Below, in pieces: positions 11,915 to 22,916 of a stretch of DNA of 64,000 nt. This stretch comes from Azolla caroliniana (Eukaryota; Plantae; Polypodiophyta). The position numbers and the translations under genes are program-made. The stretch covers positions 18,104,001-18,168,000 of the forward strand of contig JBHGNT010000004.1 of assembly GCA_043228905.1 (NCBI GenBank), written 5' to 3'. The first letter of the stretch is position 1; the number at the start of each line of letters is the position of its first letter. The notes below the pieces were generated by a model, which saw only the letters and a program-made list of their open reading frames with translations, was not told the DNA's origin and did not search any database.

Positions 11915-14900
11915 TGTTGGGATTACGGTCCCTTCGGATGGGATGGTCGGATATCGGAGATGAATGCCGACAAGCCCGGTTTCGGTTTCGGATCCGGATG
12001 ACGAAGACCCCGGCTTCGGTGCCGGATGACGAATGTACCCGGAGAGCAATCCGGATGCAGGGACATATCCGTGAATATGTTCGCTACGAGCCCCCTGAGG
12101 CTATAGTTGTAAATAGCCCAAAGTCATATAAGTATAAATATGACTTAGGGCAAACAGTTTTTCTGTTGCTCATTATTTTTCTGTTTTTCCACTCAAGAGG
12201 AGTGAAGAGGGAGCAGCCGAGAGAGAGAGAGCGCGAGAGAGAAAGAGGTAGACGCCTCTGTGTATTTCCGCCGCCTGTGGCGAGGACAGCGAGCTCAAGG
12301 TCGTCGCCTTGGAGCTCGTCATTGTATACTTCTCTGTATAGTGTTGTTTGGAGTCTTGTACTCCCGTGGTTTTTCCCCGTTTAGGGTTTTCCACGTTAAT
12401 CCCTGTGTATCGCGTCTTTCTCTGTATTTCCTATTTTCTGCTACATTGATCCGCGATTAATCGGTTGTGGCCGAGTGGTGAAGGTGAATCCAAGCGTTGA
12501 TTCCCAACAAACTGGTATCAGAGCGACTGTTGCAGAAAATGGAAGGCGGCGGCAGCGGGCAGCCGATGATGATGGTGCTGAATGCACAGAATTACGCCGA
12601 CTGGAAGATCAAGATGGAGGATCTTCTGATTGTTCGGGACCTGTACGAACCGATTGACAGGTCGGAAATACCGAAAGGGGTACTTGAGTCGGAGTGGAAG
12701 CTCCTGAACCGGAAAGCCGTAGCGACGATCCGACAATACGTCGATGTAAGCGTCCTACAACATGTGGCGAACGACACCAACGCATACGAGATGTGGAAGA
12801 AGCTGTCGGGCCTCTATGAGAGGAAGAATGCGTTGAACCGGACCTCCCTGATGAGGAAGATAGTGAATCTCAAGTACCGGGACGGCGAGAGTATGGTGGA
12901 ACACGTAAGCACGTTCATGGGATTCGTGAATCAGCTTGCGGCGATCAAGTTCCCGTTGGAGGATGCAATGCAAGCCATCATCCTGATGTGTACATTGCCG
13001 GAAAGCTGGGAGAACTTGGTGGTGACTCTCAGCACCTCGTGCACCGAAGATAACTTGTCCTTACAAACGGTAAAGACAAGTATTCTGAATGAAGAAGCGC
13101 GTCGGAGAGATAAGGAACCGGCCTCCGACCCGAAGATGCTGTTTACCGAATCGGATCGGGGAAGACAATGGAACCGGAGTCCGCAAAGACGGGAGAAGTC
13201 GGGGACCCGGTCGCAGTCAAGAGGAAGACCCACATGCTTCCACTGTGGGAAGCCGGGGCACTTCCGGAAGAATTGTCGGCATTACCGAAAAGACAACGGA
13301 GCCGACGACACCGATTCGAAGAAGTCACCGGAGAGAAACGGTGCATACCGGGGAGCCACGGACCGGAGAGGTTCGGATCGGCGAGGGCAGGACCGGAAAG
13401 GAACAACGGCACTCGCGGCAAGTGAGGAAGAAATCATGCTCATCACCGAAGAAGGTGAGCTAAACGTTGCCGGCGATGAGACGACCTGGGTGGTCGATTC
13501 CGGAGCATCGTTCCACCTGACCCCGGAGAGAAGATACTTCTCATCCTACACAGCCGGTGAGCATGGCTGTGTTCGGATGGGAAATGAAGGTACGTGCCGG
13601 ATTGCCGGCATAGGAGACGTGTGGTTGACAACCCCGACCGGATGCAAAATGCTGCTGAAAGATGTCCGACACGTTCCGGAGGTCCGATTGAACCTGATCT
13701 CGGCCGGGAGGCTAGATGATGAAGGCTACACGGGTAGCATCCGGAACGGTGTCATGAAGTTCAGCAAGGGGAGCCTGATAGTGGCTCGGGCCCGGAAGGT
13801 CAACACACTGTACCTGATGAATGCCCGGTTATGTCCGGAAGAGCTGAATGTGGCAGCCGACACTGCCGGTGAGCTGTGGCACAAAAGACTGTGCCACATG
13901 AGTGAGAAGGGGATGAAGAGGCTTGCAGAAGACAACCTCATCCCAGTGAAGCACGTGCACCTGGAGAAGTGCACCGATTGCCTGGCCGGTAAGCAGAACC
14001 GAACCTCCTTCCACTCAAGGCCACCGACGAGACGTAGCGCACCATTGGAGTTGGTGCACACTGACGTGTGTCAGGTAGAGACGAAGTCACATGGCGGAGC
14101 CCAGTACTTCGTAACATTCATCGATGATCATAGCCGAAAACTGTGGACGGCACCGATGAAGACAAAGGACCAAGTGTTGTCCGTCTTCAAAGAACTCCAC
14201 GCGAGAGTGGAAAGGGAATCCGGCAAGAAGCTGAAAGCGATACGAGCGGATAACGGAGGGGAATACCGAGGGCAGTTCCAGGAGTACTGTCGCTCGAAGG
14301 GAATCCGACTCGAGTTTACTGTGCCGAAGACGCCGGAACTGAACGGGCTGGCCGAGAGGATGAACCGGACCATAATGGAGCGGGTCCGGAGTATGCTGGC
14401 GCATGCGAAATTACCCAAGGGGTTTTGGGCTGAGGCAATGTCGACGGCGACATATGTGATAAACAGATCACCCTCAGTTCCTTTGGACGGAGACACGCCG
14501 CAGAGAGTGTGGACCGGTAAGGAAGTGTCCTACCGGCATCTGAAGGTGTTCGGGTGTCTCGCATACGTGCATGTGGCAAAGGACCGGAGAGGAAAGCTAG
14601 ATCCTAAGACCCGGCCATGCATATTCCTCGGTTACGGCGACGACGAGTTCGGCTACCGAGTATGGGACCCGGTCGACAAGAAGATATTCCGGAGTCGTGA
14701 TATCATCTTCATGGAGAACAAGACGCTCGCCGACTGGGAGTCGGAGAAGAAGATGAAGAGCTCCAAGTCGACCGGTGAGGATCAACTCTACGAGGAGCAG
14801 TCCCGACCGGCAAGGGACCGGTTAGCACTCGAGGATCCGGCCGAAGACGGTGAAGAAACAGAACCGGCCGAAGAAGATGAAAATGATACCGGAACCGGCC

Positions 14901-17220
14901 CCGATCCCGAAATGGATTCGGATGAAGAAGAAGAATCGGAAGAACCGGTTACCGAAGCTCCGGAACGGAGATACCCTCTAAGAGAGAGAAGGGCCCCCCG
15001 GAGATTTCCGGAACCAGAGCACGTGTTGCTAACCGACGAGGGGGAGCCGGAGAGCTTTGAAGAAGCAAAGCATGACACCCAGAGCCGCAGGTGGTTGAGT
15101 GCCATGCAGGACGAGATGGATTCCCTGCATGAGAACCACACATATGAACTTGTGGAGTTGCCGAAAGGAAAGCGGGCACTGCGAAACAAGTGGGTGTTCA
15201 AGCTGAAACCGGGAGATGCCGGAAACCCCCCGAGATACAAAGCCAGGATCGTGGTGAAGGGGTTTCAGCAGAAGAAGGGCGTCGACTTCGACGAGATATT
15301 TGCCCCGGTAGTGAAGATGACCTCCATCCGGACGGTGCTGAGCATAGCGGCAAGCATGGACCTCGAGGTAGAACAGATGGACGTGAAGACGGCATTCCTT
15401 CACGGCGACCTCGATGAAGAGATCTACATGCAGCAACCGGAAGGATTCGAGAAGAAAGGGAAGGAGCACCTGGTATGCCGGTTGAAGAAGAGCCTTTACG
15501 GACTGAAGCAGGCTCCCCGGCAATGGTACCGGAAGTTCGACTCCTTCATGACCGACGAAGGGTACCTCAAAACGCAGTCCGACCACTGCGTGTTTGTGAA
15601 GAAGTTCGAAGGAGGAGACTCCCTAATACTCCTCCTGTACGTGGACGACATGTTGATCGTCGGACGGGACCAGGTCAAGATACGGATGCTGAAGAAGGCT
15701 CTTCACCGAACCTTCTCAATGAAGGACCTGGGTCCGGCGAGGCAAATACTAGGGATGCACATCATCCGGGACCGGAAGAAGAAGCAGTTGTGGCTGTCAC
15801 AGGAGAAGTACGTGACAAAGGTGCTTCAACGGTTCAACATGTCGGAAGCAAGACCGGTCGGATCGACACTCCCGGCAAACTGCAAGCTGACCAGCAAGCA
15901 AAGTCCCAAGACAAAGGCTGAAAAGGAGGATATGATGGAAGTGCCGTATGCCTCAGCCGTCGGGAGCTTGATGTACGCCATGGTGTGTACGAGACCGGAC
16001 ATAGGATATGCAGTCGGAGTGGTGAGCCGGTACATGAGCAATCCCGGCAAAGAGCACTGGAACGCGGTCAAGTGGATACTCCGATACCTGAAGGGCACGG
16101 CAAACGTGTGCCTCCGATTCGGCTCCGGTAAGCCCGAACTCGAAGGCTTTACTGATTCTGATATGTCGGCTGATGCAGATACCAGCCGGTCCACATCAGG
16201 GTATGTGATGACGTATGCAGGGGGAGCTGTTTCGTGGCAGTCGAGGCTGCAGAAGACGGTTGCGTTGTCAACTACGGAGGCGGAGTACATGGCGGTTGTT
16301 GAAGCCGGCAAGGAAATAATATGGATGAAGGACTTCATTAGAGAGCTCGGTATCCGGCAAGAGGAGTACCGACTCTACTGCGATAGTCAGAGTGCCATCC
16401 ACCTTGCGAAGAACGCGGCCTACCATTCCCGGACGAAACACATCCAGCGTAGATACCACTGGATCCGGGAAAGGATAGAGGACAAGGAGTTCGTGCTGAC
16501 GAAGATCCACACGGACGAGAACGGGTCGGATATGCTGACCAAGGTCCTCACACCCGACAAGCTGGAAGCATGCCGGAAGAGGGTCGGATTGGAGAGACAT
16601 CCCATGCCGAAGTGAAGGGGGAGTTTGTTGGGATTACGGTCCCTTCGGATGGGATGGTCGGATATCGGAGATGAATGCCGACAAGCCCGGTTTCGGTTTC
16701 GGATCCGGATGACGAAGACCCCGGCTTCGGTGCCGGATGACGAATGTACCCGGAGAGCAATCCGGATGCAGGGACATATCCGTGAATATGTTCGCTACGA
16801 GCCCCCTGAGGCTATAGTTGTAAATAGCCCAAAGTCATATAAGTATAAATATGACTTAGGGCAAACAGTTTTTCTGTTGCTCATTATTTTTCTGTTTTTC
16901 CACTCAAGAGGAGTGAAGAGGGAGCAGCCGAGAGAGAGAGAGCGCGAGAGAGAAAGAGGTAGACGCCTCTGTGTATTTCCGCCGCCTGTGGCGAGGACAG
17001 CGAGCTCAAGGTCGTCGCCTTGGAGCTCGTCATTGTATACTTCTCTGTATAGTGTTGTTTGGAGTCTTGTACTCCCGTGGTTTTTCCCCGTTTAGGGTTT
17101 TCCACGTTAATCCCTGTGTATCGCGTCTTTCTCTGTATTTCCTATTTTCTGCTACATTGATCCGCGATTAATCGGTTGTGGCCGAGTGGTGAAGGTGAAT
17201 CCAAGCGTTGATTCCCAACA
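11915..17220 (+). mobile_element. Element D: intact Ty1/copia (Tnt1/Tork-like), 5306 bp, TSD CCAAG
   Basis: 595-bp LTRs 11915-12509 and 16626-17220 appear identical; PBS TGGTATCAGAGC (iMet) 12513-12524; PPT before 16626; CCAAG at 11910-11914 and 17221-17225. Confidence 0.98.
12539..16615 (+). CDS. gag-pol: Copia Gag-Pol polyprotein of D (1358 aa from the ATG)
   Basis: CFHCGKPGHFRKNC, WVVDSGAS, integrase ELVHTD / IRADNGGEY / AERMNRT, RT LLYVDD, RNase H FTDSD; uninterrupted. Confidence 0.97.
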   Translation: MEGGGSGQPMMMVLNAQNYADWKIKMEDLLIVRDLYEPIDRSEIPKGVLESEWKLLNRKAVATIRQYVDVSVLQHVANDTNAYEMWKKLSGLYERKNALNRTSLMRKIVNLKYRDGESMVEHVSTFMGFVNQLAAIKFPLEDAMQAIILMCTLPESWENLVVTLSTSCTEDNLSLQTVKTSILNEEARRRDKEPASDPKMLFTESDRGRQWNRSPQRREKSGTRSQSRGRPTCFHCGKPGHFRKNCRHYRKDNGADDTDSKKSPERNGAYRGATDRRGSDRRGQDRKGTTALAASEEEIMLITEEGELNVAGDETTWVVDSGASFHLTPERRYFSSYTAGEHGCVRMGNEGTCRIAGIGDVWLTTPTGCKMLLKDVRHVPEVRLNLISAGRLDDEGYTGSIRNGVMKFSKGSLIVARARKVNTLYLMNARLCPEELNVAADTAGELWHKRLCHMSEKGMKRLAEDNLIPVKHVHLEKCTDCLAGKQNRTSFHSRPPTRRSAPLELVHTDVCQVETKSHGGAQYFVTFIDDHSRKLWTAPMKTKDQVLSVFKELHARVERESGKKLKAIRADNGGEYRGQFQEYCRSKGIRLEFTVPKTPELNGLAERMNRTIMERVRSMLAHAKLPKGFWAEAMSTATYVINRSPSVPLDGDTPQRVWTGKEVSYRHLKVFGCLAYVHVAKDRRGKLDPKTRPCIFLGYGDDEFGYRVWDPVDKKIFRSRDIIFMENKTLADWESEKKMKSSKSTGEDQLYEEQSRPARDRLALEDPAEDGEETEPAEEDENDTGTGPDPEMDSDEEEESEEPVTEAPERRYPLRERRAPRRFPEPEHVLLTDEGEPESFEEAKHDTQSRRWLSAMQDEMDSLHENHTYELVELPKGKRALRNKWVFKLKPGDAGNPPRYKARIVVKGFQQKKGVDFDEIFAPVVKMTSIRTVLSIAASMDLEVEQMDVKTAFLHGDLDEEIYMQQPEGFEKKGKEHLVCRLKKSLYGLKQAPRQWYRKFDSFMTDEGYLKTQSDHCVFVKKFEGGDSLILLLYVDDMLIVGRDQVKIRMLKKALHRTFSMKDLGPARQILGMHIIRDRKKKQLWLSQEKYVTKVLQRFNMSEARPVGSTLPANCKLTSKQSPKTKAEKEDMMEVPYASAVGSLMYAMVCTRPDIGYAVGVVSRYMSNPGKEHWNAVKWILRYLKGTANVCLRFGSGKPELEGFTDSDMSADADTSRSTSGYVMTYAGGAVSWQSRLQKTVALSTTEAEYMAVVEAGKEIIWMKDFIRELGIRQEEYRLYCDSQSAIHLAKNAAYHSRTKHIQRRYHWIRERIEDKEFVLTKIHTDENGSDMLTKVLTPDKLEACRKRVGLERHPMPK

Positions 17221-17307
17221 CCAAGACAGTCGGCATTCCGTCCAATTCATGACAGTGCGACCCAACCACGAGCGAAACCGTGAGACCCTCAGCGGCGACA
17301 GTCGAGG

Positions 17308-17351
17308 GGATTTTTAGACAGGGCTATCAAGGCGTGGGGCCACGATAGTCC
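17308..17351 (+). promoter_or_regulatory. Putative -1 ribosomal frameshift signal in C
   Basis: GGATTTT TAG aca GGGCTATC aaggc GTG GGGC CAC GATAGTCC; the -1 frame is open into ORF 17476. Confidence 0.75.
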
Positions 17352-20300
17352 AGACACCCCGGTAGAACCCCACACATGTATTATAGGTAGGAAATTTTGG
17401 CTCTCCGAAAACGGAGGTTATACGTTAACCGGCATCAGTAGCCAAGAGAGGAAGCGAGCGGAGAGGCGACTTAGGGTGTGTGGAGTCCTCTCCCCCGACG
17501 AAGAAATTAGCAATGCCATGGAGGCGGTCTCTTTTGACGACACCTTGGGCGAATTACGAAAGGTGGTCGGTGAAGGCCTTAGCAAAGATCGGACCGTTCC
17601 GGTTAGCTCGATGGGAATGTACGAAGTCATCGCGAACTTCGGGGAGAGGATCGGGTCGGATCGAACTACCCACATGGATACGAAGTATAAGACTGTGGAC
17701 CGGAAGGTGAGGCCAGTTGCAGCACCCTTGCCGGAGGGCAGCGGAGAGCGGATAAAGGGGGCCGCGTCGGAACCAAGTTTACCGAATCCAGCCGGCATAG
17801 GGCACCGGTTCACCGACATAACACTACGGGAGCTCAAGGTCGGTGGGGGTGTCTTTCTACTGCTGGAGCAGGAGGACCGGTTTCGAAGGATGCTCAGAAG
17901 GCACGGGAAGGCCTTCGCATTCTCACCAGAGGAGATCGTGTGTGTAGACCCGACAATCGTCGAGCCAATGGTGATCTTCACGGTACCGCATGTGCCATGG
18001 AATCTCAAACCGATTCCGGTACCCAGAGCTCACATCCCGATGTTGATGGAGCTACGGAAGTAGAAGGTGGAAATGGGCATCCTTGAACTATCGAGTGCCC
18101 CATACTCGAATCGGTGGTTCACGGTGCCAAAGAAGAACGGCACGTTGCGCTTCATACAAGACCTGCAACCGGTCAACAAGGTGACCATTCGAAACGCAGG
18201 TATCATACCAACCATCGATGAGTTCGTGGAGGCCTTCGCAGGGAGGTCGATCTACTCAATCGGGGACCTGTACTCAGGCTACGATCAATTCCAGCTAGCT
18301 ATAGAGAGCAAGGATGTCACGACGATGCGAACTCCTCTCGGCCTAGTTCGGATGTGTACCCTGCCGCAAGGAGGAACGAACTCGGTGGCGCACATGGTGA
18401 ATGCGATGAACAAGGTGTTGAGGGACTGCATCCCGGACATCACCATGCCATTTCTGGACGACATCCCGACCAAAGGATGTTCGGTGGAGGACAAGGATGA
18501 GTCGGTCGGGCCCGATGGTTGCCAGAGGTTCGTGACGGATCACATCCGCGATTGCGAGAAGGTGCTACAAAGACTCGAGAGCACGCGGCTCACCTTCTCC
18601 GGAGAAAAATCAGCCTTCGGACAACCGGAGATCCTGGTAGTCGGACACCTGTGCGGGCCCTATGGCCGGAAACCGTCCCCAGCAAAGGTAGAAGCCATCT
18701 CCATGATGAAGGACGAATGCAGGTTGGTTATGGAGGTCAACAGATTCTTGGGTGTGTGCGCATTCTACCACATCTGGATTCCACACTACGCACATGTCAC
18801 GGAACCGCTCTACGGGCTATTGAAGAAAGGGCGTAGGTTCGAGTGGAGGACGGAGCACGCGGAGTCGGTCCGGAGACTGAAGGAGGCGCTTGTTGCGGCA
18901 CCGGCTCTCCGTGACGGTGGACACGAGCCCGACCAGGATCGGGTGGGTGATCAGTCAGGAGGACAAGGACGGCGTACGGTTCCCGATCCGGTTCGGGGCG
19001 AAGGTATTGAGTGAGCGGCAGCGAGGATACGCCCAAGTTAAGCGCGAGCTGTGGGGTATCGTTTCGGTAGTCAAGGCCGACAAGGACTATCTGATCGGGA
19101 CGGAAGTGATCATCGAGACGGACTGCCAACCGATTCTAGGTATGGTCTCCAGATGCACGACTCCGGACTTGGCGATCCTTAGGTGGATCGTGTACATCAA
19201 GTCTCTGAACCCGGAGATAAGACACATCTCCGGGAAAGATAATGCCATGGCCGATATGCTTTCAAGGGCGCGGTTCAGTGACGAGGACGGCATGGTTTCG
19301 GATAACGAGGAAGTCGGCGAGGATTTCTTCGGGTCAGCCAACGTAACAACAAGAAAGGGGAGTACTCCGGCGCTTAACGAATTCGACGAGAGCAAGTACG
19401 ACGGGGAGTGGCTCCAGATCGGCGGGTTCCTGAAGACAATGACACCGGACGCGACATGGACGAAGGAAGAGGCCAACCGGATTCGGAAGAAAGCGTACCG
19501 ATTCTTTCTACAGGACAGGAGCATATGGAAGCACCCGAAGAAGAGAGACGGCATCCCGCTCCGAGTGGTGGCGAAGAAAGAGGAACATGAAGAATTGCTG
19601 ACGGTGTACCACGAGAGTCCCTGGGCCGGACACCGCGGGACGTGGGCCACATTCGAGAAGCTAAAAGGGAAGTACTGGTGGCCGGACTATACCGGGACGT
19701 GCATCGTTTCGTGACGACTTGCGAAAGCTATCAGGTGCACTCCATAGTCCGACATCGGGACGAGCTCCACCCGACCTACCCTCCGACCGTCCACTTCAAG
19801 TGGATGGTGGATCGTGTGACGATGCCGATGGGGGTAGGGCAGATGCAGTATCTGGTGTTGGCTCGAGAGGACCTGACGAACAAGGTGGAAGGCCGAGCGT
19901 TGTAGAGCAAAACGATCGCAGCCGTGTGCCGATTTTTGATCGAAGAAGTGGTATGCCGGTACGGGTGCGTAGGTAAGATCGTGGCCAACCGCGGGGAATT
20001 GGACGCGCAAGAGGCGGAAGAGCTATTTGACCGGCTAGGAATTAAACTCTCGCTCACCACGGCGTACAATCCGGAGGCTAACAATAAGGTGGAGCATGGA
20101 TACGAGCCGATCGTCAAAGCGTTGGTACGGGCGTGTGGAGGCCATGTCGGGAACTAGCCGCAGCTCTTACCCTATGCGTTGTGGGCGGACCGAACTACGC
20201 ACAGTTCGGTAACCGGGTTCATGCCGGCAAAGCTAATGTACGGGCAGAAGTTGATCATGCCAATGGAGCAGACAATCTCCTCATGGGCCACGGTGGACTG

Positions 20301-20745
20301 GAACAACGAGATGAGCCGAGAGGAGCTGTTAGCGACACAGATTCGGCAACTGGAACGAAGACCGGAGGACGTGGACCGAGCCGCGGAGAAGCTATGGGTG
20401 GCAAGGGTAAAGAACAAAGGACGGTTCGACCGGACTCACCGACTAAGACCGAAGAAGATCGACGAAGGCAACTGGGTTCTAGTGTATGAAAGCAGCCTCG
20501 ACAACCAGCACCGGGCAACGCGGAAGTTTGCAAGAAGGTGGTTCGGGCCTTATGCGGTGACGAGCGCCAACGACAATGGGACCTACCATCTCGCAGAGCT
20601 CGACGGGACAAGGATGGCGGTACCAGTGGCAGGGAAAAGGATCAAAGCATTCAAAAAGCGGCACGAGGCTAAACCAGACCCGGACGACCTGGATAGCGAC
20701 AATGACCGGCTCGGAACGGATGTCAATCCAAAATACGAAGGATAA
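17308..20745 (+). pseudogene. pol: Element C pol (RT-RH-INT) with stops and frameshifts
   Basis: ORFs 17476, 18067 (DLYSGYDQF, PFLDDI), 18890 (RNase H; HESPWAGH), 19642, 19924, 20179 (WFGPY); no chromodomain seen. Confidence 0.92.
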
Positions 20746-20819
20746 GCATGGGCTGGTCTTCTCCGCCAAGAGTCTAATTTTGGCGCATACTAGTGGATGT
20801 GCGGTTAGGTGGGGGCAGA

Positions 20820-21232
20820 TGTCGTGGAGAAAACCATCCCTAAGCGGAAACCGGGAATAACGTGTGTAAACCAGCTCTTACACGTGGTCACGAGTTTTGT
20901 TCTATAGTACGTAGGTAAGTACAAGTCGCCTAAGGCGAAATCCTAGGTAGTACGCATTCGGTAGGGAGGAAATAGAGGCGTATCCCTATCCAAAAGGACA
21001 TGGAATAAACATGATGTAACGAGTGGTAACGGCCTCCCTCCTTGGGTTATAAAAGAGAGGGAGAAGTGAGGTAAATACATTGCGTTTTGGGGAGCGAGGA
21101 GGAAGTGTTGTCGGACCGGGACCGAGCTCTCTCCTCCATCGTTCGTTTTTCTCTGCAGGATTTCGGACTGTGTTGCCTCTGCTTCGTGGACAGCCCGTGT
21201 GCTTCTGGCAGAGCCTCCACTGTGCAGTCAGG

Positions 21233-21266
<34 letters not shown>

Positions 21267-21330
21267 GCCTAAGTTGGGTCCGTCGCCGGCTTGCCGGTTG
21301 TAACTATTATTGATTTATAATTAAGACATT

Positions 21331-21418
<88 letters not shown>

Positions 21419-21468
21419 CCCCCGCGGTCCCGCCTCTTTCCACACTCGAAGAGCGTAACAACTTGACA
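20820..21468 (+). repeat. 3' LTR of C (649 bp)
   Basis: Starts TGTCG after the PPT GGTTAGGTGGGGGCAGA and ends TTGACA. Confidence 0.92.
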
Positions 21469-22611
21469 GCACGTGTGCGTTACTTAGGCAGGACCACGAG
21501 GGTCTTGGACTAGGGAGTACTCAAGGGATAGAGAAGACCTGAGGTTTGCTTTACGACAATACTACTTCCCGACCCCTTCCCGAGCAAGGGCTCCTTGCCC
21601 TTTGTTTTGTGAGGCCGGTGGCTCTCGTTGATCACGACTCGTCAACCTTTCGAGATCACCACACAAGCGAAGTGATCACATGGGTACAAGCAAGATGAGC
21701 ACGCAAGATGAACGCACAAGGGGACGATAACACGAACACGAATGCCCGTACATCTTTATGAGGAGGAGAGGTGCATGGGCACGCCCGAACGATCCCTCGT
21801 CACAAGACGTCGAACATACGAGGAAGACACAAAACACACGCACAAATGCTCGTACGCCTTTATGAGGAGGAGAGGTGCATGGGCACGCCCGAACGCTCCC
21901 TCGTCATGAGACGACCGAACGTACAAGGAAGTCACAAACACACACACAAATGCTCGTACGTCTTTATGAGGAGGTGCATGGGCACGCCCGAAACGCTCCC
22001 TCGTCACAAGACGGCCGAACGTACAAGGATGACACAAACAAACAAAGAAGGAAAAGAAAGAAACACGAATGATATCGGCCAAAGAAATAAATATGTGTTC
22101 GATTCCAACGCAAGAGGACCCTTTATAAAATAGGGTTTGATTATAATGGCAACTTATAGTTAACCACAAGCTCAATCAAAACAGACATACTAAATGCCCT
22201 TAGAGGCAAGAGCAAATCCGAACACGGCGAAGATGAACACACGAGCACTACCAAAATGCCAATCCCAAAGAACCATGACCACCCGAACGGCGAGCACACG
22301 GGCTCGCAACGACGAACGGGGCAAAGCAACGTCGAACCAACAAAGCTTGGGCTCACGAGTACTTCGAGTGTTGACACGAAGAAGACGAGCACGTGGTGGT
22401 GGGAAGATGAAGGGGTATGAGATGAAGAGAAGCGGTGAATAAGAAGATGAAGAGCTCCGAAGGAAAAATGGCGATAGTCTCATCCTCCCAAAAAGTCCTC
22501 CCCGAATGAGCCCCCCTCGACCTCCTTTTATAGTAAAAAAGGAAGGGGAGGTCGCCAATTTTATCTTTAATGCAAAAAGGAATAAAATTCCTTAAATCAC
22601 GTTGCACTACA
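21469..22611 (-). repeat. Probable LTR remnant, possibly the 5' LTR of B
   Basis: Non-coding; minus strand begins TGTAGTG at 22611; TATA-like motifs on minus; the link to B is inference. Confidence 0.4.
21741..22045. repeat. Three 104-bp tandem repeats
   Basis: CTTTATGAGGAGG..GTGCATGGGCACGCCCGAA at 21754, 21858 and 21962. Confidence 0.9.
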
Positions 22612-22916
22612 AGACTAGATTTGAACCGTGCACCTCTAGCTAGAAGTCAATGTGATTCTACCTCTAGCCCATTAAGTCTCTCTTATATAGTATATGATTC
22701 TACCTCTATAAATTAATAGCATGTCTCCCCTCCACCTTTTATCTCTCCTCTCTTTTACTTTTTGCACGAGCTTCTATACCTCCTTTCCACCCTTTCTTTT
22801 CCCTTTTATTTTGCATATACACAATTAATCGCCTTTGTGTGCACACACATTGCACATGCACATTTGACCCCCCTTTCGCCGGTTTTTCCCACTCTCGAGC
22901 ACGCCACATCACGATA
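22612..22916 (-). repeat. LTR fragment of the Trp-primed group inserted in a copia RT
   Basis: Minus strand starts TATCGTGA (cf. TGTCGTGA) exactly where copia homology begins; contains a B-box-like GGTTCAAATC. Confidence 0.5.

Larger units (their letters stand above)
9908..17317 (+). pseudogene. gag: Element C gag-protease; frameshifts and stops, split by D at 11915-17220; ends ..SRGDF* at 17317
   Basis: ORF fragments 9908, 10032, 10236, 10661 (CMWCDAVGHIRKEC), 11086 (ALVDYGSEIN); frame resumes after the CCAAG TSD. Confidence 0.85.
9301..21468 (+). mobile_element. Element C: Trp-primed Ty3/gypsy, near full length, decayed, interrupted by copia D
   Basis: 5' LTR 9301-9864 (first ~54 bp missing), PBS 9869-9881, gag-PR, RT-RH-INT, PPT before 20820, 3' LTR 20820-21468. 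Confidence 0.93.

Noticed and set aside
11086-12384. 432-aa protease with a hydrophobic tail, and the 156-aa ORFs at 16625 and 30910
   Set aside because: Read-through into the copia LTR with a non-ATG start; the frame is not maintained in K's LTR
21741-22045. CRISPR-like array
   Set aside because: Whole 104-bp units repeat with no unique spacers, there are no cas genes, and the context is eukaryotic
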